DNA of 64,000 nucleotides from Hydrolagus colliei. Lineage: Eukaryota. Positions 13,213 to 25,920 of the stretch are shown here, piece after piece (the first letter of the stretch is position 1; each line of letters starts with the position of its first letter). Under the pieces are notes generated by a model that was not told the DNA's origin, ran no database searches, and saw only the letters and a list, made by a program, of their open reading frames with translations. Made by a program: the position numbers and the translations under genes. The DNA lies in contig CM068760.1 of assembly GCA_035084275.1 (NCBI GenBank), positions 7,688,001 to 7,752,000 of the forward strand, given 5' to 3'.

Positions 13213-13547
13213 GGAGCTCCTGTGGCTCAGTGGTTAGAGCACTTGTCTTGCAAGCTGGGGAGACCTGTGTTCGAATCCAGGCAGGTCAGGGCAAAACCAT
13301 GGGTAAGTTTCCTTACTTCACACGCCTAATAATAATCCCTCCAAAAAAAAAACAATAATAAAATTGGTCATTTCAATCCACGACTGTGTGTGGGACACTG
13401 CTGTGCGCCATTGGCTGCTGCGATTCGCCCACAAATATATACAGTCAATTCACTTTGCAGTATATTCTGTGAAGCGGTTTGGAACGTCAATAAGATGTTG
13501 AAAGCGCTATATCAAAAATGCAAGGATTGTTATTATTATTATTATTA
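13213..13547 (+). mobile_element. tRNA-derived SINE (family A), full length
   Basis: GGAGCTCCTGTGGCTCAGTGGTTAGAGCACTTGTCTTGCAAG with A box TGGCTCAGTGG and B box GTTCGAATCC; ends AATGCAAGGATTG(TTA)n. Confidence 0.97.
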
Positions 13548-14114
13548 CCAAGTTACCGAGTCGGCTTGGTCAGATTAGAGCTGCCAATTCAAGCTTGGCT
13601 TGAATGTGGTCGACCTACTTCGATCTCCCTTTGAGTGAACAGGGCCTAGACTTTCCCTGGGGTGGGGGGGGGGGGGGGGGGGGGGGTGGCAGGGGCAGAG
13701 AGAGAGAGAGCAGGTGAAGTGACTGTGGGCTTTACTCTCCCGACGGCCGTGCTTACTTGTTTGCCAGGTAAAGTGGATAAAAGTGCTCGCCATCAGGGCA
13801 TCAGAAAAATATTAGTAAATTTTGTGGAAATGCAACCCACCCACTCTCCACCCACAGCTCATATGCTCAGCTATCGTGCATTAATCCCACACGATACGTA
13901 CCGCCCGCGTTTTGTCTGGAAAAAGAGGAGAGAGAAATAGATAGCTGCACTGTCATAACAGAGGACGAATTTGGTTAACAATTTCGGTGTGAGACATGAC
14001 TCTCTATCAGAACTACTGATGTTGGCTTTACAGTAGGTGGCCGCTGATGGCACTGTGGCGACCTGGCAAGAGGAGGTTAAAAGAGGGAATGGCTTTAGAC
14101 TGGAAGTGATAGAA

Positions 14115-14362
14115 TTATCATAATATAATCCCTGCATTTGATATAGTGCTTTTCACATCTTATCGACGTCTCAAAACGCTTCACAGAATATACTGTAAAG
14201 TGAATCGATTGTATATTTGTGGGAGAGCCAATTGCGCACAGCAGCGTCCCCACAAACAGCCGTGGATTGAAATGGCCGGTTTTATTATTGTGGTTTTTTT
14301 GGGACTATTACTATTACTAGGCATGTGTGTGTGTGTGTAGAATAAGGAAACTTGCACAAGGC
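14115..14362 (-). mobile_element. SINE family A, 5'-truncated, abutting an L2 3' fragment (14363-~14500, minus)
   Basis: SINE tail and body up to GGAAACTTGCACAAGG, then an L2-like GAAGAGG..TTTTGAG...CCTTGAAG segment. Confidence 0.85.
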
Positions 14363-14599
14363 TTGGTTGAAGAGGACGATTTTGAGACGAGCCTTGAAGA
14401 AGGCAAGGAAATGTCGGATGGAGTTCTAAAGGGTGGAGGCAGAGAGGCTGAAGGTGTGCCCGCGGGGGTGGGCAGGTGCTGGGAGGGGGATGTGGAGGCA
14501 TCTGAATATGCCTCTTGATGTGCAGGGCGCTGTACAAGTGTAATTTTGCTGGTGTTGTTATTATTGTTGCCTCACAATTCATATGCAGAACCCTGCAAA

Positions 14600-16200
14600 A
14601 TCCATAAGGTGTACAAGAGTAGGTCTGATTTGTAACTTATATCTTGGTCTGTACTAAACCCAAGAGAAAGCGTGCACAATTTTCAATCAAAGCAAATTGT
14701 TTTATTAATTTTGTTTAAACTAAAAGTTTCAGGCAGGAGGACGCCACCAGTGTATTAATAACTAGGTTTGGCAATAGGCAGCTTCAGTGACAACATGGTA
14801 TGTCTGTGAGTAAAACTTTCTTTGAATTATTTATGAAACAGAAATATATATATATTGAAAGTAGTTTTTAGCATGTTGTGAGTGGACACGAGCGCCCCCC
14901 CCCCCCCCCCCCCACACAACCCACCCCGAGTTGTACTGTCTCTATTTGTCCAGTGTTGCGTTCGAAAAAGGTCACTGTTTTTGTGTCTCTGGACGAGAGA
15001 AGTTTTCAAGGACCAGTGAGTGGATGACCATTGCAATGGCATTAAATCAGTGCTGGAGATTGTACATCATACAGTTCAATTATCCAGCTGCAGAACTTGG
15101 CCTCCAGACGCCGAGATTGACAATGATTTTCCCGACTGAATCATGTTTGCAGCAATCAGGTTCAGATAGGATCTGGCCCTCGAATGTCAAGTTCAAAAGA
15201 GAACTGGCACCTGACTGCTTAGACTTTGCAACACGTTTGCTCGTTTGCTAATGATTTGGTGGCCGAATTAGACTTCCAGTGGTGAGGGGATGGTGGTGGT
15301 GGGGGGGGAGCTCGACAATAAATTTGCACCAGGACCAAATGGAAGAGCAATGGGAGAATCGACGAGGGTTTTCGTAACCAGAATCAATTCTCTCCCCGCC
15401 GCCAGTGATCGACAATAATTTCTTACACGGAACAGAATTGCTAGGCAGCGGAGATTGACGGTGATTGGTTGCTTAATTAGACCTCTAGTGGGAGAAGATG
15501 AAGAACGCTCTTCATACCAGAACCGGACCTGCGACCAGCGGGGGGGGGGGGGGGGGGACAATCAAACACGCCAGGCGTGATCCCGAGCAATCCGTGCACT
15601 AATTTATTAGTACAGACTTCTGACTGCTTATCACGGGACAACATTCCCCTGCAGGTTACGCGGAATGAATCCATAAAGAGGCGATGCCTGTGGACTAATG
15701 TAGATAAAGTGAGTACTTTGTGCAAATTAAACTAGAGAACAGATGCTATTTGATTAAATACAATTCAGCGAATGTGTAGAAGCATTAATTCTCTACCAGG
15801 CAGACTTTTTTTTTTGTCGTTAAAACAGCCAAATGTTACGAGTCCCGTTTGTAGCCGTGTGTCGTACACACGTAAAAACAATTCCCTCACCGGTCACCTT
15901 TACCTGAACAAATAAATCGCAGCCTCTGTGCTCTGGCAGAACATACAGACATATTAGAGCTTAGCTCCAGATTACAGTATCGATTGTGTACAGTAAAATC
16001 TCAATTAGAGTCTGATAGTAGCAGCTGGAATCACAAGAGTTGACTGCAAGACAGCAGTGAAGATTGATTGGTGTCCAGAGATAGCCGGCCAGGTAGAGAC
16101 GAAGCTCAGAGTCATTAACCAGCTTAAGACGGACACGGAATCTTGAGTAGGACAACTTCACATTATATTGAACCCTTCAAGTATTGAATGTCCCTTGGCA
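14600..16200 (+). mobile_element. Degraded RTE/RTEX-like LINE RT region
   Basis: GSFSDNMVCL (STxDNIFxL), LYCLYLSSVAFEK (LYCxFxDxxKAFD), TMIFPTESCLQQ (FxxxxGLxQG), GESTRVFVTRINSL (AESxxGLQxxLxxL). Confidence 0.5.
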
Positions 16201-17174
16201 TTTTCAGTTCAGGTAAACACTCAAACAAACAAACCCCCCCCAAAAAAAAATCACTGTGAATTTTAGAAGGTTAGAGCCCCGACAAAAAGGGACTTGCGCA
16301 GGAAACGTGATCGGTTTGGTAATATTTTCAGAAATCTAGTAAAACCTTGGGATATTGAAATAGTCCTTCGTCACTCAGGAGATTTCTGCCAAGGGCGCTG
16401 GAGGTCAAACAATGAGTAATGGCACAGATGTACATCTCACTCCCAAGCAGCTCTGCGTAAACCCATGTTTGAATACAATTGGGAGTTTCGCAAAAGTGGC
16501 GCGAATTTGCTTTTAACGGCAATCAAAGGCCCTGCACCGCCCGCCTCAGTGTTCGATACATCAAAACATCAATTTGAAAAATTTAAACTTGGTTTGAAAC
16601 CCAGCATTACAATGAACAACAAAATCAATTCGCTCAATTTGTAGCATAGCAAACACCCCCTTCACTAACCACTCCCCACCCGAATCCCTACCGCGGGCTC
16701 AATCAGAAGTTTCAGGGATCAAGATGGTACTCTAAAATGCTAGAATTGCTGCGCCACAACATGTGAAGGTTTTGTCTGTTGTTCGACATGTTTGTCTGTG
16801 ATTTGACATTAAAACCCACAGATTTGGGGAACGCTCCATCTCCCTCCCTCCCTCCCCCCCCTCCCTCCTCCCATTCTCACCTAAAGACCTTCCTTTTGGA
16901 ATACTTGGAATACAATCACCTCATCCCTCTCTCCCTGTCCGCCTGGCTCGGGGAGTCAGACTCTGCCACTGTTAATCACTCCTGGACGTTACCTGGCATG
17001 ATGGGGCGTGATACAAAATGAAAGTGTTTGTGGTTGTGAAAGATCTTATGATGTTAAACAGCGAGAAGCGTTCTTGATTTCCTCGCCAAACCTCTTCTCT
17101 GTGGAGAGAATGTGCGCTCAATTGCAGACACAGGGAGATTTCCATGCAAAGATGACCATCAGTCTGGTTTGAAT

Positions 17175-17472
17175 AATTTAATAATAATCCTTGCAATTGA
17201 TATAGCACTTAAAGCGCTTCACAGAATATAGTGTAAAGTGAATTCACTGTATTTTTGTGGGCGAAACACTGCAGCCAGTGGCGCACAGCAGTGTCCAACA
17301 AACAGTTGTGGATTGAAATGGCCAATTTTATTATCGTTTTTTTTTCCCCTGAGGGATTATTATCAGGTATGTGGAATAAGGAAGCTTGCCCAATGTTTCG
17401 CACTGCATGGAATCCAACCCGGGTCTCTCCCTTGCAAGGCGCGTGCTCCAACCACTGAGCTACAGGACTCCA
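17175..17472 (-). mobile_element. tRNA-derived SINE (family A)
   Basis: Minus-strand copy with A box (TAGCTCAGTGG) and the family tail. Confidence 0.93.
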
Positions 17473-19642
17473 CAGTGAACAACAAAGTCTTTCCTGATGA
17501 TGCAGTGGTGGGTTTCTGCACGTGTCAGATAACCAAACAGAATCCAAGACACATTTAAGATACAATAAAAACAAACAAAAAATAAATAAACTGTTTCCAA
17601 GAAAACTGAACAAAAGATTCAAAGCTAAACGACTCAAATTGGATACAAATCCTCTTGCTTTGATTCCAGACCAAGTAAAGACATTAGATTTTGATGGCAT
17701 GGAGGAAAAAGCTATATACAAATATGATCAGACCCATTTCACAGCTGTGGAGAGGGGGGCTGATGGTGACATTATTCACACAAGCGTAGCTTACATTTCC
17801 ACCCAAGGTGAAGAAGCAAAACGACAGTGGGAGGCAGATATAAAAACCTATAAGGTAAATGAAGAAGTGGACGTGTTTTCCAAGTATCTAACAGTGCTAT
17901 AATTTGTTACTCAGTAAATATGCCTATGTGGGTGTTTGTGTCGATTTGAATTTGCGAGAATGTTTATGTGCAAGTTTGTGTTGTTGGCATGGTTTTTTTT
18001 TAGTGTGTTCCTCAGAGTTTCACAAAGCTGGAAATCGGATTACCTGCAGACTGGCATGTGAATTGTACTTAGACCATAATGGAACAGAAGCACATCCACC
18101 CCCTTCAAACACATAAAAACTTACAGCTATCAACCGCAGTTCATCTCTGGAACAACATCCACCGCATTCAGACGCAGTTCTCGTACAGAGGCAGGCAGGC
18201 AAGAACCCGTTGAAGGATTTTTTAAAAAAGTCAATCTGGGATTTTTTTTAAAAAAATTTAACCCGCTCAATTGAAGCCTAGTAACTCTAGAGAATTCAGG
18301 GAGAGCAGCTTCCAGCTGTGGCTGAAACCCAACAAGAAACAGCTGGTCGAACGCAATGTCAGAACTGTACACATTGTGTTCCTTAATCATTGCTGGTGAT
18401 AATTAAGGATTGGAATGAGTTTGATAATACCCCCAAAGCTGATCTGATGCCTCCAAATCCATAGCTTTATTGACGCGCCGCTTTAGGGAATGAGAGAACG
18501 TCCATTGCTTGGGTTGGAATCGCATTCCAACTTTGTGGCAGCCAAGTGTCATGCAAAACTCATCAAGTAGTCTCACCACCAATGAAGATAGTGGGGGTGG
18601 AGAATCAAATTGCGAACATGTAATTAGAGATCCACCTCAGAGCTACTGAGCTACAAAATTGGATATTTAAAACCATGAAAGAAATAAAATGCTTCGAGAT
18701 TACATTATGTAGCTACAAGCGCAATCAATGATTTAATACGATAAAGAAATTAACTTGCACTATGAACAGTTATGACAGATTGAACGAGATATGGGTGAAA
18801 TGCATTTGTATGGTTAAAGCTTCAAATCATCCTCATGTCCTTGAACAGATGGGAGAGGAGGTGGCAGGTACCAGCCTCCTGGTACTAAGAACATCTGTTA
18901 TCGTTAGATGATGCTAATTGCCAACCGATAGGGAATCTGTGTCTCTATTCATTGGGGGGTCTGCAGCAAATGGAGCCAACTGAATTAGATTGGTTCCAAC
19001 ACTTTCGGACGCAAATGGTTTTTTGGCACAAAGACTTGGCTCGAGTTCAAAAGGAAATGGTAAAAAAAAAAGAAAACTCTAGTGTGAAAAGGGGTCGTAT
19101 CTATGGAGCAGGAAACCTACCCATTATGCCATACAAGTGTAAATATTTACATCGGATATACATCCTGCATGGTCTAGAAATGGATAAGAGCATATACTAA
19201 CCCTATCTAACACAAAGGTAAACCTGAATGACGGATACATACACCCACGGATTAAAAATGGAACCAAGAGATGGTTAACTAAGCAACTTCAGAACTAAGA
19301 TGGACACCAGTTGACTATCCTGACAAACGTAGTAGACAACCTGGTACACTACAGGCACACCAGACCCATCAGCGCGAAAAGTCGCCATCTCTACACCAAG
19401 CCAGCACGAGCTCAGGTGTGTACGCTATGGGATATGTTGATATTGCTGAGCAATCACAGGACAAAGCTCTGGCGAGGAGTGGGTAGCAGTAGTGCAGGGT
19501 ATTGAGGGACCAGCTGGGTACAAGCAGAAACCCAAAGTGCTACAAAGCCACCGACTGAATTTGATATGGATGCAACCCTCAGAGGAGCTGTTTCCAAGTA
19601 GAAGCTACTGGATTGGTTCAGTGGGAGTTTCCATTGCATCAC

Positions 19643-20404
19643 AATAATAATAATATTAATAATCCTTGCATTTGATATGCATTTGATGCTTTTCACATCT
19701 TCTACACTGTGTTTCAAAGCGCTTCAAAGAATATACTGTGAAATGAATTGACAGCATATTTGTGGGCAAAATGCGGCAACCAATTGCACACAGCAACGTC
19801 CCCCACAAATTCTATGATTGAAATCATAGAATCCTACGGCATAAAAGGAGGCCATTCGGCCCACCTAGTCTGTGCCGGCTCTTTGAAAAGAGCAACTCAA
19901 TCCCACTGCCCAGCTCTCTCACCACACCTAACAGACCTGTTCTCCCTAAATAAAGATCTAATTCTCTTTTAAAAGCTGTTATCGAATCGGCCTCCACCAC
20001 CTTTTCAGGCAATGCATTCCAGATTCGAACAACCCGCTGAGTGTAAAAAATTCTCCTCACCTCCCCTCTGCTTCGTTTTGAAACTATTTTAAATCTGTGA
20101 CCACGAGTCACAGATTCGCCCACCAGTGGAAACAGTTATTCCTTATTCACCCTGTCGAATCCCCTCATGATTTTATAAACCTCTATTGGGTCTCCTCTCA
20201 ACCTTCTCTGTTCTAAAGAGAATAAACCTAGCCTATCTAGCCTTAACGTCCTTTCTATAGTGTGAATAACCAATTTGTTATTGTTTTTTGGGATGGCAGA
20301 TTATTATTGTGCGTGTGTGTGTGTGGCCCTGACCTGCCTGGATTCGAAACATAGGTCTCATGCTTGTAAGGCGAGTGCTCTAACCACTGAGCTACAGGGA
20401 TTCC
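19643..20404 (-). mobile_element. SINE family A split by a CR1 insertion
   Basis: Tail half at 19643-19823; head half at ~20268-20404 ending CCACTGAGCTACAGG. Confidence 0.9.
19824..20243 (-). mobile_element. Young CR1 LINE 3' fragment (ORF2 C-terminus + 3' UTR)
   Basis: ORF reads TRGHRFKI...RRIFYTQRVVRIWNALPEKVVEADSITAFKRELD, canonical CR1; GGGCCGAATGGCCT 3' UTR and ATTCTATG terminal unit. Confidence 0.96.
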
Positions 20405-20599
20405 ACATGGTCACTTGGATAACTTAGAGAAGTCCAGCATTCAGCTAAGCTGTATGGCCTCCCACATTGGCTCATGTAATGGACAAGTGCTCTCCTGTAC
20501 TGCGATTTCTGATGGACAACGGTGACTGGAATGGAGTTACAGTTAACCACACAAGTTACAGACGAGCATTATGCCCGTGCATCGAGGCTTTAAACTCAC

Positions 20600-20790
20600 A
20601 GACTTGGTTGACAATGCAATGCTGGTGGGGGTGGGGAGCACTGTAACGGTTGAAGGCACCATCCATCGGATGAGACGTTAAATCCTAGTCAGGTCTATCT
20701 CTTTCAGTCGGGCATTCAAATTCCGTGGCACTACTTTGAAAAGAGAAAAGGGATTTTTTTTCCTGGTGGTCCTGGCAAACAATCCAGAAA
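20600..20790 (+). mobile_element. Deu-domain SINE fragment
   Basis: CGGATGAGACGTTAAA...CCGTGGCACTACTTTGAAAAGAG...GGTCCTGGCAAACA matches the Deu core of AmnSINE1/SacSINE1-type elements. Confidence 0.75.
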
Positions 20791-23700
20791 AAAAAATAGG
20801 TGTGTTTTTTTTTACTACTCTTTGTGAGAGATTTGCACTGCACATTCGGGGGGAAAAAACACAATTGCTGCAACATTGCAATAAATCCTGTATGTCGCGC
20901 TTTGAGTAGTCTACGCAAGGAGCAATTTCACAAGGCATTCAACTATGAGCTTCCCTTAGAGAATGGTCATAAGCGACAAATTCCTAAACCTCACACCATG
21001 ACCAACGTTCCTAAGCAGGAACAATGTAGGATTGCTGTTGGTCCTGCAGAAGTAACAGCAGAACCCTGCCACTAAGAGTAATGAGTCCGCAGTACACACT
21101 GGCATCACTGTTACCCGCTAATGTAGGTTGAAGACCTACCATCATTGCGGGACTGCAATGCCTTTGCTGCCATTCCCCAGAGCTCTTAGTTGAAGTATGA
21201 GATGCCTTAGCAAGATGTGTCCACCACCAGCAAGGAGACAAGAAGGATGAGGTGCAAGAGCAAACTACTGTGCATCGAACGCGTCCACAAATCACCACCG
21301 CAAAAACTCGCTAAAATAAACATTTGTTTCAAATAATAATTTGTGCTCGGTCATTCTTCAAGCGTGCCTTGAGAATAAGGAGTTGCCGATGGGTTTATCG
21401 ACGAAGAGAGTCTTGAGATGATACCTAAAGGAGGAAAGGCACGGGGCGAGGCGGAGAGACTTCGGGATGAAATGGTGCTCAATTGTAGGAATTGCTGAGA
21501 GCAGCATTCAAGATTGACAATTTGTCTTTACGTGTGATATCCCAACGGCTCGCGATCATTTGCACTCTTGTCTTGTTTCACTAAAAACAATAACTTACTT
21601 TTGTAGCTGAGTTATACTGTTTAACAAGGGAATGGAGAATCTTAATCCATTGGTGGGGTGGGTGGAGGTGGGGAGGGTGCGGGTACGGATGGGCAGACAG
21701 AGGGTATTAAGGAAATGGTGAAAGTGTATTGGAATTAAAAGATCCGCTGGAATCCAATATACTGGACCAATAGGCTTAATGGGCTGAATAACCTCGTCTT
21801 GTTCCCTCTATTACTCTTCCCACAAATATGTCTCTCTTGCTCTCTCGTTTTTGTATATTTCTTTCTTGGACATCATGGATCAAACAGGTGGATGATTGCG
21901 CTCCTCAATCTAACAAGGCTGTTCATTTATATACAGAGCCAGTAATGAAATGCATCCCACTTACTAAACCTACTGTACTTAATGGCCTTTCAAAGAACAG
22001 TTTGCTTCCAAGAATGCTCATGTCTGTGTGTGTGTGTGTGTATGTCTATCCACCATATCTCTGCCATCTTGGGTAAAACTCCAGAGATAACTTACAGATG
22101 GAGACATATAGCCAAGTCAGTCAATCATAGTACAAAATATTTTTGTTGAGAATATTTATATTTAAAAAAAGGAAGTTAAGTTTTGCGAATTTTTAAATCA
22201 ACAAGACCTCTAGACTGCCCAAACTCATTATTTTATTTGCTTCTGTTTTCACGGGTTTAACAGCAAACCCGGGCCCAAACTACTTTTGCCTCTGTTTTCA
22301 CAATCTGCAGCAAAGCTATGGCTTGGCTTTACTGTAATAGCTCCATTGTCTGCAGCCGGCAAAGTCTCAGCTGCCAGTTCAGATTAGCTGTTGATAAATG
22401 GAGACTTCAGTTGTCGCGGAGGACGGTGGTGCAAATCTCATTGGTGATAGATCAAAGGGAATTTGAAAATCCCACAGAAAGAGGCGCAGCGGCGCAGTGG
22501 TAACGAGCACAGCAGCCACAGTTTCCAGTCACAAGCCTGCCCGAGGCTGCTGATATTACAGTACTGTGAAGACTTAAGAGCAGTGTTCAATTGCTACACT
22601 AGATGGAGCACCTTGCTACCAGCCAGACTGGAAAGAGGAACACAGCAACGTTAGCTCCCATTGTCCAGTTTACACTGATCTCTCTCTTTTTTTGTTGCGG
22701 AGATTCAGTGGCTAAACGCAACCCCCAACCCCCACAAATTGGAAATTAGATTTGAGCCATACGGTTAAAAGAAGTGATTTGTCCTGGAAGCCGAATCCCT
22801 TCAAGTCCTGCCATCTCTCTACCTCTCCATTCCACCACCACTGCCTCCCCTGCCTCGCTCCAGCCTCCTGTTTATCCCTCATCCATAATTGGTGGATTTT
22901 CTTTCATCAAGTACACCCTAATATTTTGGAAATCTTTCTCTCCGCCTAGCCGTCAACAACAGTTTTAGATCATACCTGAAGACTTTGTTTAATGTCGTGT
23001 GTGTGTCTTCCTCCCTCACCTCCCATCCTCGGCTCAACATCAGGCTCCACTACCGTTAACAACAACAACAACTTTGATTTATATAGCGCCCTCCACGCCG
23101 GACAGCTCAGAGCGCTTTGGTTGAACATCAGGCTCCACTACCATGAAGATGCTTTGAAACACTCCCAAGTCACTACCAGCATGAAGAGCGCGATTATAAA
23201 TGCAAGTTGTCAATGTTGTTGTTACTGGGACCACTTTGAAGAGGTATGAAGAATATCAGCATCCAACCAACAATAATAGTCCCTTCAAATTCATTACACA
23301 GATAAATTAGCTTTGTCCGAATGTTAATATCCCTGCATTTGAAAATCTTTGCATTTGATATAACGCTTTTCACGTCTCCTAGACTGTGTCTCAAAGCGCT
23401 TCACAGAATACACAGTACTGTAAAATGAATTGACTGTATATTTTGTGGGTGAAATATTTAAAAAGGGGGCAGGGTGAATATTGTTAAGAAGGTTTGGCTG
23501 TACTCCCAACATTAAGAGACTAATAGTCTACTTGTACTTGCAGAGAACTCGCCTCACTCAGCCCACCATGAGAAAACATCTTTCATTGCTGAAAGTGGCA
23601 TGGCATTTGCTTGTGGCAATGTGTAACATGCAATTGGGAAACCAGTCTGGGTGAGATTGTTAGGATCTTCCTTCCCCTTCCGAGCAGAGGCGTAGATGAA

Positions 23701-25571
23701 AATAACACAGATACAATGCTTGTACATCTACCATCTGGGAGCTTGCAAAACAGTTTCTTATCTCACGCACCAAATGTTTTCTCTAAAATAGGTTTCGGTA
23801 TGGATCCAGATACTCAACACAAGGAGATGAAAAGCAGCCACGTTCTTTCTTCTATTTTCCATTAGTCATGGATGTTTTTAAATCACTTCTTTTCATGTAT
23901 TTTTTTTGGGGGTGGTTGAGGTGGGTATGGGCGCTGTTTGTCTGGCAATGTGTGTGTAGGTCCCAAGTGATCTAGCAAAGACTTTTCCTCCACTCAAGTG
24001 CCAGCCTTAACCTTTTACAATTCACACTTGAAAGACTCCAGTTTTATAAAATCTCTGAGCGGATGTCTGAATATTCTTGATAGCTTATCCCTGGAACCCA
24101 ATTACAACAAAATTTTATTTAATTCTATGACATTTTCACCGTATTAGGAGTTGACTACCAGACTATCATCGATCGTTTGAACCAAGTACTTTGAACCAAG
24201 AAACAAATTTCCTGTTATTCGTATTAAATGAAGATTTAACTTATTTGTCATTCGCATCAGGAACCGGAAAGAGCTTTCACTCTCATTTTCACACATTATC
24301 ATCCACACATAGGTCTCTTTGAAATGAGTTGTTTAGATTTATTTCTTATATCATTTTAAGCAAAAAAAAAGTGGAAAAACGCAAAATTTTGGTCTGGAGT
24401 ACCTTAAGTCCCCCCTTAAACTGGTTCTGAAGTAGATTGCGTTGATTAACTTCACATTATAAGGACTGTTGTCTTGAAACAGATGATTTGTGGTAGTGGA
24501 GCCAAATGGCTAAGACTCCATCAACAAGTTTAGTAACACAAGACATTATTATGTGCAGGCAGAGTAATTAAAAGCATCATTTTTCTTTATTGAACCTCAA
24601 CATACACTCGCATGGACTTGTGACATAAAGGAAAATAAAATGAAAGCCTTGGACTGAAACTGGATGACAGTGGCTGTATTTGGTTTGCTTAGAGCAAACT
24701 TGGTCACTGCTAAAAAGAGTGTTCCTACCTCTAACGTTACAATGAGGAGAGTTCATTCTATGCTCAGTTAGCTCAGTCAACAATTTATAGAAGAGCTCGT
24801 GTCGGCTCAAATCTTTGTGGAGTGGAAGATGTCGATGTTGGTTTCCGAAGTAGATCAAAGCAATGTTATGCAAACTTTTAGACCCACTAAACTGACAAGA
24901 CATTATCACCAATCCATTTTTGTTTTTTTTAAAAATGCTGAAAAGCATTCCATTATTTTAATAATTTACACATGCTTCCACCAATCTTTCTCTCCAGCCT
25001 CAATGGATGCCAGATTTGAAAGGTAGTCTGACTGATGAGCAAGAGACGTATTTTGGGGGTCTAAATTGCACAGAGATAATATAGATGGTGACATGGTTCA
25101 TAGGACAGTCACTCAGTGTAAATAACCGGGTCTCTGGTAGTGCAATGTCACAGGAGAGAAGGCGTTTTTAAGATGCTAATGAATGGACTTGCGCTGTAAG
25201 GGAACATGGATTAAAAAAAAAGGTTGGTGAGTGATCCCTCCCTCCTCCCTGGTTAACATTTCCGTGGAAAAGTACATCAACAACAAAATTACCCATGTAT
25301 CGCGCTTTTCACGTCAGGAGGACGTTTCCAAGGCGCTTGCTCCTGTTCTCAGGGAAAATGCTTCTGAAATGAAAGTGATCAACCGCGTGACATGGTGAGT
25401 GCAGGAATAACCAACACATAGGGGAAATAAAAGCCACACAGGAACTAAAAAACATAATAATACCTGCAGGTAATCCAGAAGCGCTTTGAGACGCGATAAA
25501 ATGTGAAAAGCGCTATATTAAATGCAAGGATTATTATTATTAAAATCTTCAGTGAAGGGTTGAATGATCTT

Positions 25572-25728
25572 CAATTGCTGGGGAAACTCAGCAGGTCAAG
25601 CAGCATCCATGGAGAAAGGAAAAAGAGTCAACGTTTCCTTTCTCCATGGATGCTGCTTGACCTGCTGAGTTTCCCCAGCAACTTCTGTTTTCGTTTCAGA
25701 TTCCCAGCATCTGTAGTATTTTGTGTTC
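25572..25728. mobile_element. Penelope-type palindromic terminal repeat with 14-bp target-site duplication
   Basis: Perfect 48-bp inverted repeat (25575-25622 / 25634-25681, 11-nt loop), flanked by direct repeats GGTTGAATGATCTT (25558-25571 and 25729-25742). The Penelope label is from recalled similarity to shark repeats. Confidence 0.8.
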
Positions 25729-25878
25729 GGTTGAATGATCTTTATTGACTGGGCATGCTCATGTTGTCCCTCCCATCCACACCCCACACATCCCCCCCCA
25801 CCAAAAAAAAAAGGCATTGGACAAAGTGACACATGAGAGATACCTTTGCAAAATCATGTCAGTGGCTATCAAGTAAAA

Positions 25879-25920
25879 TACAGATTAAATTGCTGAGTAC
25901 AGATTAAATTGCTGAGTACA
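25879..25920 (+). repeat. 19-bp tandem duplication
   Basis: TACAGATTAAATTGCTGAG x2.2. Confidence 0.9.

Larger units (their letters stand above)
17620..22380 (+). mobile_element. Near full-length ancient CR1-group LINE: OTU-like domain + APE + RT + C-terminus
   Basis: Ordered motifs: ADGDIIHTSVAY, SKYAYVG, LYLDHNGTEAH (OTU-like, 17740-18100); LNEIWVK, DGRGGG, IYGAGNLPI (APE, 18780-19130); ILTNVVDNLVH; SDGQR*LEW; PVCRAL..KEQF..PKPHTMT; KSNESAVH..RLKTYHHCG; SWIKQVD; IFKS; FSQSAAKLW (~22300). Confidence 0.68.

Noticed and set aside
13660-13690. Long poly-G/C runs as functional G-quadruplexes (also ~14894, 15540, 38278)
   Set aside because: They are frequent throughout the window and interrupt TE fossils, so they look like simple homopolymer expansions.
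20919-21075. Terminal exon spliced to 17670-17854
   Set aside because: Weak acceptor, and the peptide aligns with the RT SKILE..QL..GFR..HST region.
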